From assembly GCA_964632315.1 (NCBI GenBank), contig CAZWEM010000012.1, forward strand, positions 1 to 61,741: a DNA stretch of 61,741 bases. Reading direction: 5' to 3'. Numbering within the stretch: the stretch's first letter is position 1; every line of letters starts with the position of its first letter. The notes under the pieces are model-generated. The model was not told the DNA's origin. It made no database searches and saw nothing but the letters and a program-made list of their open reading frames with translations. Origin of the DNA: an uncultured archaeon. GTDB taxonomy: Archaea > Asgardarchaeota > Lokiarchaeia > Sigyniarchaeales > SOKP01. The translations under genes and the position numbers were made by a program. Positions 12,201-17,945 of the stretch are shown in pieces.

Positions 12201-13086
12201 AAAAATGTCGAAGCCGATTTCTTCCATAGCATTGCTCATCCTTGGATTTGGAATCCCCGTTGACTTATTCATATTATTACAATCATACAATCTTGATATT
12301 ATTTTAAATATCGCAATATCTGCTCTTGTTGGAACTATGGAACTTGGGATCGTAAAAAGGCCGTATAAGAGAAAGAGAGGCATATCATTCTTTTATACCC
12401 TTACTTTGCTTGTTGAGGTGTTAATCATCACTCAACAAATAAATATTGTATCATTAGGGTATAGTGTTTTGGTCATAGGAACGCTTATCTATCTCTTCAT
12501 GTTCATGTTAGAAGAATTGAAGGAATTTTTTAGCCATATCGTTGATTATGTCTCAAGGGGATGGAATGCCATAAAATCATTCATAAATAGCATTTTGACT
12601 GGTATTTATACATTTTTAAAGAGGAATTATACCACTCTCAAAATTCTATTTGCTGCTATTATAGGAGGACTTATGGGATATGTCTCGAATGTCTTACCCA
12701 TTTTTGGGGGCACTCTGGGTGCATATGATTATGCACCGTTATTCGGCCTAGCAGTTTTTGGTTTAATAGTTGGACTCTTTCCCGGTAAAAAAAATGAGGA
12801 TCTGGACAGTATTTTTAGAACTAGAATGACACGATTCAGTACGGTTTGGTTTGGAGTAACCATATTCATATTTATGATAATTATTCCTGTAGTTGATCCC
12901 TTAATTCAAGTAATTTTGACGTTATCTTCATTTTTAATTTTAGGTCTAATTCTCGCGATTTATGTGTGGAGAATCGAGAAAAAACAAAAAATTTCGATAA
13001 AATGGCGTTTATATATCACGGTTGTATTGATAATATTGCTAATAGTATGGGCAATCTTATTGATAATAGTGTATCTAAGAGGATAA
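3274..13086 (+). CDS. giant polytopic integral membrane protein (3270 aa), unknown function
   Basis: Uninterrupted 9.8-kb ORF made almost entirely of hydrophobic segments separated by short K/R-rich loops; no recognisable soluble domain. Confidence 0.85.
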   Translation: MKSNGNDELAPKRIEKTTEALWRVLWAIVYLIFIPTIVAVIFYFIFSFAVAFFIGDENNVFVISLALSAIMFLVSILIYYRPFDKYRKKSIFQNKINNPRARIHILFLITLVSLIYTPIFLLFVPERDVQEQLTLLPLLTFVLAYNSVYLYYFSQPIDFFSISESKFKHFNQLKDTIKQPYNLIILVNYVVLIAFLSITFEMKITLGDIVLNISWLFAIIANIVFYFIALTTTKPHIKKIEESIKNNENFLEDLVLYKQAFVKSIVRLDFFILILIPFGIISVFYQLIENYAIINAIFITLILVIFNFKLDIYIKSYFFRQLNRINPDRYATRDVGVKWNFFLTISFIILIPSYIFYYSYVLIPEVFYFNLLALLIIYLITRAEEKHDYLPKEYAKHLHLIITIFLSAIISFQIVPIVEIFVNFVIFFIILYFSLELFVKFGYYSRKNLLLVQNVLAIASFYCIAYLFFRDIAFGPSPIDSINTFMVHYILPGLIGSLFSLFLLYFRQFYKNSWKTLRTGVICNILVIIGLSFYLLNITPNVTNLIVSVIGFSILYIVLTGFNYLIHIFSKQNLASNVYSTIWVLDLSIFSAMLFNTLTNAINLLTIVPDFLVLSALILFTLWFGKKIGKVSERNYFKLFNVNGFLLILEIFILSSQFLIEEVFPHQVEYKVLAYFISTCITALIVNVGAPSKSASIKKAKNYLNIFTVMFGWFLMEMFYFLLNYQNLNDLYGLIIASSLISTIPIGFLVFVKILDKKRLLGYLFLVINVICLTFFSFVIHFILENEIDLFFGISFVLLGLVISYIGIGKVGVKLGYISNDFYLKFVKTMYYPIGIILFLVFFSFSLELTGDLFLSFLIAISLLSVLTNFANLIFKTIAKINFRITLITLFYAVSYASFLLVQSLILIPYSTLYEWYVYLYFSIILIQLMFYIPFAYLTAKKTNIKVSFFKYSYYSLYSMILLVFLLISSFFFYLFYSQLIGVYVLALIADIIYITIILYNHIKRGLAKHYLPVIHLSKKAAIVLYSALFSEFYAFLLTMILLLFQPPWQLWELFLSSYLAFVIISLVILVLANKLILFSIEFSHRINIISLLFTSILAAYFSQIFVSTLFVNMYLLWDIVILTFLVFSLVPLYYTINRNIFQRFINKKSVYVDGILISLSVIILPVFLAIEFSLITTFLLYIVISMIFLSYCFLKYVEHVFDELSIKQGQQIALKTIQLICWNLLSVFVSYTVFTTFTPGIINEMFYLVLCASSIAFFIINLNSLPIIEDIKQRVFENEELKIDYYKIYKIYEFYKNVSFFAFIFSISGLISTLLHPFIYLLGALIPLFFLTPGIIQFELFFLFSLLLLIITQKIEIEYQKTRTWIMLLSWLIIKSTVCGYIYSYFIETPILSWSISILIFSVFSPITLHFIKKIRLVFGSTSKIVNSILVVSFYGSLITLYLVYFWTLRMLPFFSGNLLLFWFLFISNSIIYFDYVIMRLRNIFEGEFEFNLLKLYFKSSLVLCLFIFFNFYLNLVLWFISAIILLRRRNSSVVIKFLIYILFSLSLYIYLFVDFSFLFPLEWREISIMLTVSLISVFMISIFSNYRKVNDLEKFSIYLLLSFLSFVSFSFIPEFSIFPGLFYNGSFSLLIFLALTGNYYYQKKDSRYKLFIRPCAVLAVFDLTSFLFYGLLFNFPPFSPNYQQILSFTSTFSLTGLTFVSLYNQSPQRFRRLSFFIVLPLLTLSIPTFIYFFIFASFPLLRSSVIPLTISLNVGILFFYIAIGLYQWKFSRAIWKTGFWAWILLPIVNYAIIDQSFAALSLRSLDLFGFNIPASTLLAITICIIISFPFWYSWIKAHFSTILFGTWIISLGLLYWFSQNLFLGNPLLINSSFLIFAFILLMPLVYKLKIWRVLMAFWILFTIIIISFINFFFSDLGTMVISIDISVSGLSIIFLSYFPNMKNRRNLSLLVAYFVLMTGISVMIYQIILDIVFQGLDPLGALYLTMIIISASSFSSRILKVNKILMNFLISWTLVISFALMTFHICNIFLPYNIGGALYISLTIGGLTFFIFNRYKMLWGPYENFMPVSSMIAFIAIALGTSLSISSILLNIISINPWFLIVAVFLFTNIIFLSFKIKNYGFILSYLLPIPISSLILFFLLFFEPLNNVVILTTIGILTYCVVNQLLKVNVKFKALLRLILYLDSFALSLLLLPFPDLSLNFFISMSILFILTTFDSLLSKKRKYWYIVLVNLISYISSTIFLFWYLNVIFLAQFEYMIWLNSFVFILLQKYTVYAFYTILKSLNKYDPEKLVRYRLILNYSLSNALYVLISLYGSLSLGSAINEYFSLIGIASFSLGLMIFCFFYFILNSIFNRKFKGKVRGGIRSGLFVAFQVSLFGLWAFSLGLNNFSFLMLIIIIETLLLYYTFSLFSPLISKESEKVVFNYVPFLTFLLYVEISILSFSLINSYTTLDLFYSSFYSLLIFFILTAIELGIVKKVNIKLTKLSHFVSYTITSVLVFIFAPSFLLGHVDYIIFNLIIILFLSMQFYTVRALFSFLSHYNWFNNIKALRVKQMINNILINSIFILLSLFGSLLISTLNVPFSNIFFISLLFSFFMFFLNGTINRTIDRSLRVKYLLVPSFIAMQIFSLLLMVEMLQIDVNLFIFWLSLIALIETLMSIYPLYIMRKYTKNEARRVFISNSFKGIEFCLYLEITILTFGIFYYNLREPFQSLLYSQLILFGLSVLEIFVFKSLKEKFGYIIHLISYLILSGSLVYIVFLFRLSEFLYLLIILMQFYSNYAYFRMKRDLNPENADTNQKWAVRRQRIIGTAFYSVLLFLVSRYLLFFTTFDIFISLFLISLLLHVITLFDRAILIFLGRLSMPLIVISLIIINIISIPVFLTWIFTTGLTYRLIPLVIIIVEIELFYLAKLTNKWKAFKNPFISVLYFNLSSWPIYFIDLSFASLLINFNLIMLSMFLFFIIVKIDRAINALSVKMSKPISSIALLILGFGIPVDLFILLQSYNLDIILNIAISALVGTMELGIVKRPYKRKRGISFFYTLTLLVEVLIITQQINIVSLGYSVLVIGTLIYLFMFMLEELKEFFSHIVDYVSRGWNAIKSFINSILTGIYTFLKRNYTTLKILFAAIIGGLMGYVSNVLPIFGGTLGAYDYAPLFGLAVFGLIVGLFPGKKNEDLDSIFRTRMTRFSTVWFGVTIFIFMIIIPVVDPLIQVILTLSSFLILGLILAIYVWRIEKKQKISIKWRLYITVVLIILLIVWAILLIIVYLRG

Positions 13087-13122
13087 ATCATCTTTTCCAA
13101 AAAGAATATGAGAAGTAGATTA

Positions 13123-13284
13123 CTATAAGTTTTTTTCTTTCCAATTTTCTAAAAAGGTTTTGAAATCATCTTTAGAAAGTCCTATAGAATTTAGATGATT
13201 GGAGATGAATTCCTCTTTACCTGTTTCAGAAAGGTTCTTCTTAAAACCTAATGACCAATCATAATAAGAAATTGCTTTTGACAT
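13123..13284 (-). CDS. possible small protein (53 aa)
   Basis: Below the ORF-track cutoff. ATG at 13284: MSKAISYYDWSLGFKKNLSETGKEEFISNHLNSIGLSKDDFKTFLENWKEKNL*; fills the intergenic gap. Confidence 0.35.
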   Translation of the reverse strand: MSKAISYYDWSLGFKKNLSETGKEEFISNHLNSIGLSKDDFKTFLENWKEKNL

Positions 13285-13431
13285 ATTATTTGATCATTAG
13301 TTCTAGAAAATAAAGACAAACAGACTGTGAAATTTCTAATAAAAGTAATATGAGAAATTCAACTTATCTCAAGATTTTTATAACAATAAAGCGAAGTAAT
13401 GTTAAATAAATCAAAAAAATGATGAATAAAA

Positions 13432-13971
13432 GTGGAAAAATCAGAGAAAAAAATTAATGTCAGAGATTGGATGATCTTAAGCACTACCATGATAGGGGCC
13501 GTTCTGACAATCCTTGCGTTAATATGGCAATTTAGGCCTTCACGTGGAATCGTTACGGCAACCTTTCTTCTCATGCTCTCGTTCATACTATTTGTGAATT
13601 CAGTATCTGCTAATTCGAAAGCCAATTTTGAATTGAAAATGAAGAATTTTGACTTAAAGAAGGTCAATAGATTCGTGTCATTTGCAGAATACACATTTGG
13701 ATTGGGATTTACCTTAGTAATTATTGGTTTTTCCATCCTAGGATACAAGTACCTAATGGATTTCACTTCGGAATCGATTTATGCGTTTATCTTACCAGTT
13801 ACGTTTCTGTTGGTTGCCTGGATTTTGATATTCATTTATAATACAATAAATTATTCTGGTAAATCAATCAAGGGATTTAGAAGCATGAAAAGAAATCTTT
13901 GGATTTTTATAGAATTGGGGAGTTTGGCAGCCATAACTGTGGATTACTTTATATTTCGATTTATAATTTAG
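13432..13971 (+). CDS. hypothetical membrane protein (about 5 TM)
   Basis: ORF track; alternating hydrophobic segments. Confidence 0.75.
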   Translation: MEKSEKKINVRDWMILSTTMIGAVLTILALIWQFRPSRGIVTATFLLMLSFILFVNSVSANSKANFELKMKNFDLKKVNRFVSFAEYTFGLGFTLVIIGFSILGYKYLMDFTSESIYAFILPVTFLLVAWILIFIYNTINYSGKSIKGFRSMKRNLWIFIELGSLAAITVDYFIFRFII

Positions 13972-14037
13972 TATCTTTAAAATCTATTTTTATTTTTTTA
14001 ACTTTATAATGAAAAAAACTTAATATGGAAATTAAAA

Positions 14038-14664
14038 ATGGTCTCTAAAGTTGATTTTAAGAAAAAATTTAAAGAATTTTATCACCCAAGTTCAAAAGAA
14101 GTGGTAATAGTGGAGATACCAGAAATGCAATTCTTAATGATTGATGGCATGGGATCTCCAGGTGATTCAGAGGAATATTTAAATGCGCTTAGTGTATTAT
14201 ATCCTGTTACTTTTAAAGTAAAGTTTATGAGTAAAGCTAATGGTAAAGATTACGTTGTTCCTCCTCTTGAAGGTTTGTGGTGGGCTGATAACATGGATGA
14301 TTTTATTAAAGATAAACGGGACAAATGGAAGTGGACCATAATGATAATGCAGCCAGTTTGGATCACGGAGGATATAATAAATGAATCAATTAATTTAACA
14401 AATGAAAAGAAACCTGAATTATCAGAATTGCTACCTAAATTAAGGTTAGAAAATTACACGGAAGGAAAGGCAGCTCAAATAATGCATATTGGCCCCTATT
14501 CGGAAGAAGGCCCAACAATTACAAAAATTCATAATTTTATAAAAGATCAAGGCGGAATATTTGACGGTCATCAAAAAAAACACCACGAAATCTATCTTAG
14601 TAATCCAAGAAAAGCAAATCCGGTCACGATGAAAACGGTTATAAGACAACCTTTTGAGATATAA
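14038..14664 (+). CDS. GyrI-like small-molecule-binding domain protein
   Basis: DYVVPPLEGLWW, WKWTIMIMQP, QIMHIGPYSEE, HHEIYLSNPRK and KTVIRQP motifs. Confidence 0.85.
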   Translation: MVSKVDFKKKFKEFYHPSSKEVVIVEIPEMQFLMIDGMGSPGDSEEYLNALSVLYPVTFKVKFMSKANGKDYVVPPLEGLWWADNMDDFIKDKRDKWKWTIMIMQPVWITEDIINESINLTNEKKPELSELLPKLRLENYTEGKAAQIMHIGPYSEEGPTITKIHNFIKDQGGIFDGHQKKHHEIYLSNPRKANPVTMKTVIRQPFEI

Positions 14665-14966
14665 TTATATAGATGTGATTTAATTTCCGATTTATGGATA
14701 TTAGTTATATTTGTTTAATTTTAATATTTTTTTTATTAAAAATTTTAATGCATTCACCAATTTTACTGCACTTTCAAAAGCCTGAAGTTATTTAGGGTAA
14801 TAATTGATTTCATTCAATCTATTTTATAGAAATTAAAATAACGAATTTTTTTACTTTTGTTTGAATTAGTCTCTCTTCATTAGAAATTAGGAAAAGAAAA
14901 CATTAATATATATCATCATTTGAAATATAAATTAATAAGATAAAAATTACATAAAAAAGATACATT

Positions 14967-16001
14967 ATGAGTCAATTAGACGAATATGTAAATAGAATTT
15001 CTAAATCCATTAATACAGGGAATTATCGAAAGTCGGCGAAGTTATTATCCAACCTCGCGATGAATATTGACAATAACCAAATAGATCTCACAGTTGATCT
15101 TATATCTCGTGCCTTAAAATCTAGATTGGGTCCAAAATTTAGTAGAGCTTTCATTTCTCTTAGTCATAAAAAAGTTGAACAATATAAAATATATCAAATA
15201 GAAAAATCATTAATCAATACCCATATTTTGATCGATGGAGAAGGCTTAATAGATTCATTCATTGGAAGTCTTGAAAGTGATATTGAAAAAGTCAATGGAA
15301 GAATTTTTCTTACGAATTTTCGCATTATTGCTACAGGATATCAAAGAGATCTCCCTAAAACTGGAGTGGTTAAACAGAGATTACCATCAAGGAGTATTTT
15401 AAGAACTATTGTTAATACAGCTAAAACGGCTCAAGAGATCAAGCAATCTTATGATCCAGCAAAAAAAATAAAAAAATCGATGAATCGTGGATTTTTTTCA
15501 GTGAATAGAATTCAATATGGGTCATACTATCCCTTATCACCTCCTGAAACTATAATGGTTAAAGACCAATCGTTAGAGTTTATAATTTCTGTTTCATATC
15601 TTTCAGACGAGGAACGAATATTTGGCGAACTTGAAGTCAAAATTACTAGAGAAAGATTTCCTTTTGAAACGCAAGAAGATTTTCAAAAAAACAAAATACT
15701 ATCATATAACCTTTTTAAAAATGCTTTAAAAGATTCCTATAAAGAGGTAGATAAACTTCAAGTTGTCAATATGGGAAATGTCTCAGATTTTGCACCGTTC
15801 TTGGGTACTTTTTTTAAAGAAAACGAGGGGAAAGCTTGGACGGTTAAAGCGATTTTAAATCGAAAAGATCAACTTGATTTGCCTAATAATCTGAGGTACC
15901 AGCTCTCAGAAAAAATAATCGCTGATACATTAGAACAGCTGTTTAGCGAGGGTTTAATCAGTCGAAATATCCATGAAGGAAACTTTTTTTATTTTCTCTG
16001 A
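14967..16001 (+). CDS. hypothetical protein with PH/GRAM-like central motif and C-terminal winged helix
   Basis: GRIFLTNFRIIA resembles the GRAM/PH-like beta strands; C-terminal FFKENEGKAWT...LEQLFSEGLISR...FFYF is winged-helix-like. Confidence 0.6.
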   Translation: MSQLDEYVNRISKSINTGNYRKSAKLLSNLAMNIDNNQIDLTVDLISRALKSRLGPKFSRAFISLSHKKVEQYKIYQIEKSLINTHILIDGEGLIDSFIGSLESDIEKVNGRIFLTNFRIIATGYQRDLPKTGVVKQRLPSRSILRTIVNTAKTAQEIKQSYDPAKKIKKSMNRGFFSVNRIQYGSYYPLSPPETIMVKDQSLEFIISVSYLSDEERIFGELEVKITRERFPFETQEDFQKNKILSYNLFKNALKDSYKEVDKLQVVNMGNVSDFAPFLGTFFKENEGKAWTVKAILNRKDQLDLPNNLRYQLSEKIIADTLEQLFSEGLISRNIHEGNFFYFL

Positions 16002-16025
16002 ATCAAAAATAGAAGTAGGATCAAC

Positions 16026-16502
16026 ATGCCAAAGTGGAATCACTATTATTTTATTTGTTATGGAATTATACTCATTTCTATTGGAATACTATTGGTTTTA
16101 ACTTTATTTAATCCATTTTCAAGCACAATATCATTTCTTTTATTTATATTATCAATCTGTTTGAATATTCCACTGATTATTGGGATAGTATTTATTGTAA
16201 TTGGCCTAATAATACGATATAATTCAAAACATAAAATACAAAAGTCGAATAAACAATTATCCTCTTCAATCAAATCCTTAAATTTGTCTTCTACTGAAAG
16301 GGATTTATATGGATATCTCAAGGATAATTATGGAAAGCCTTTTTCTTCTCAAATCCTATTTGAGAAAAAAGATGAAATCTTGAATGAAAATAAGAGAATA
16401 ACAAAACTAAATTTTATGAAATGCTTAGAAAAGATATATGGTGTAGGACTAATAAAACGTAGTATAGATAATGAGGATTTATTCTACTATTTTATCAATT
16501 AA
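16026..16502 (+). CDS. membrane-anchored (2 TM) protein with C-terminal winged helix
   Basis: Two N-terminal hydrophobic helices; C-terminal YLKDNYGKPFS...LEKIYGVGLIKR...LFYYF parallels the upstream gene's C-terminus. Confidence 0.65.
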   Translation: MPKWNHYYFICYGIILISIGILLVLTLFNPFSSTISFLLFILSICLNIPLIIGIVFIVIGLIIRYNSKHKIQKSNKQLSSSIKSLNLSSTERDLYGYLKDNYGKPFSSQILFEKKDEILNENKRITKLNFMKCLEKIYGVGLIKRSIDNEDLFYYFIN

Positions 16503-16570
16503 AATAAATTATTTCATTTTTTTCGAGTTTTATTTGAATTTCTAAAAAAGACGAGACAAATTTAACTTAT

Positions 16571-16584
16571 AAAACTATTTATAT
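16571..16584 (+). promoter_or_regulatory. archaeal BRE/TATA promoter for the downstream ncRNA candidate
   Basis: AAAACTATTTATAT: A-rich BRE followed by TTTATA (16578-16583), about 25-30 nt upstream of the start of the structured region. Confidence 0.5.
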
Positions 16585-16609
16585 TGATATTTAGTGTAAT
16601 ATGATTAAA

Positions 16610-17335
16610 AGGTTTAAGAAGATTGCAATGAAACCGCAAGGTATCATTGCGTGGTACTGCTAATGATGTAAGGTTAGACCAAACCACCAGTCCGAGAACG
16701 AGTAGCTCAATCCAGAGCCATTCCTTTGAACCCGAGGGTAAAGGGAAAGCTTTTTACACCAATGATGCCGTACCTCTTCTTAGGATCACGCTCGAAAGCT
16801 TGATAAAAGGAAATATATAAGCAAATCCAAAAGGATTGCTTATTAATTATCGCAATTCATTTCATTGCTCGGCCAAGCAATTTAAGAATCCCTTCACGCG
16901 ATAATTTTAATAACTGGTGTGGGGACCTGTTATTCAATTTCTCCAGAGTTTTTAACCGAACGTGCTAGCAATATTCGATTGCTAAGATATCACGAAGATA
17001 CTTAGAGGATGCATCTCATGATCGCATAAAGGTCGCAATATTTTTTTCCAATGATCACGCTCAAAAGCATGATGGTAGAGAAGGCATTTGAAAACCCGTA
17101 AGTTTTCTTAGCAGTAGTATTGGTTTTCATATCTGCATATGATATATCTCAATGAAGTGCTTAACTCGAATCAGTAAAACCCAAAGGTTTGTAATCCAAG
17201 CTATTGTCCGAAGACATTTTCTTTCCATTAAGGAAAGGAAGCATTACCAAATTTTAATACCCGAGAGCATTTCATTTAGTAATTCCATAGAGATCCAATA
17301 CTTCTTCTCTGTATTCGCACCGTAAGGTGTGAATA
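16610..17335 (+). ncRNA. large (~720 nt) highly structured non-coding RNA of unknown family
   Basis: No ORF of 60 aa or more, GC higher than the flanking intergenic DNA, more than 12 local hairpins plus nested long-range helices, including 5'/3' closure 16617-16622/17303-17308, 16655-16663/17108-17116 and 17151-17161/17266-17276. GNRA-capped hairpins at both ends; G-U pairs read on the + strand. Confidence 0.75.
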
Positions 17336-17481
17336 ATTATATTAATGGCAAAGTGATATTTAAATGAAATTGTTAATGGATTATTATATAATTATGTCGG
17401 AGATATTGGTTATTGTTCATTTTATGTCGTTTAAAATATGTGACGAATCACCTTTTTAATTATTGATTCTCTATTATTTAT

Positions 17482-17940
17482 ATGGCGATTTCATTTTTTG
17501 ATGGGTTATTCCTTTTTGTAGCTATTTCTTTGAATATTAAAATAATTCTCATTTTCCTCGCAAGATATCGCGGTCCTGAAGGCCTTGAGCATAAGATTGG
17601 CTACTTAGTAATAGCTTGCATCATCCCATTAATCATTATCTTAATAAATTACCTTTTAATTGGTAAAGATCTCTGGATTCTCATCTATTTAATTATTATT
17701 ATCAGTTTCTTGATTTTTGAAATGATTTTAGACTACATTCTAAAACTCAATTTTCGTAGGAATCTTAAGATTGTTGTACCTTACACCTTGTTCTATTATG
17801 TTGCATTTTGGGGCTTATTAGCAATCTCTTTTGTCATTGATTTGGTATTTGGATTTATAGTTTTTAGTATTTTTATGTTAAGCGTCGTTGTCACCATCTA
17901 CACTCACAAGAAGGAAAAGAATAAAATGTTCAAAAAATGA
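17482..17940 (+). CDS. hypothetical membrane protein (about 5 TM)
   Basis: ORF track; hydrophobic segments with EMILDYILKLNFR loop. Confidence 0.75.
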   Translation: MAISFFDGLFLFVAISLNIKIILIFLARYRGPEGLEHKIGYLVIACIIPLIIILINYLLIGKDLWILIYLIIIISFLIFEMILDYILKLNFRRNLKIVVPYTLFYYVAFWGLLAISFVIDLVFGFIVFSIFMLSVVVTIYTHKKEKNKMFKK

Positions 17941-17945
17941 AATTC

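Noticed and set aside
16610-17335. Identification of the structured region as RNase P RNA, SRP RNA, rRNA/tRNA or a group I/II intron
   Set aside because: No GAGGAAAGUCC-type P4 strand, no SRP helix-8 motif, no group II domain V, no cloverleaf, and no interrupted host gene was seen.
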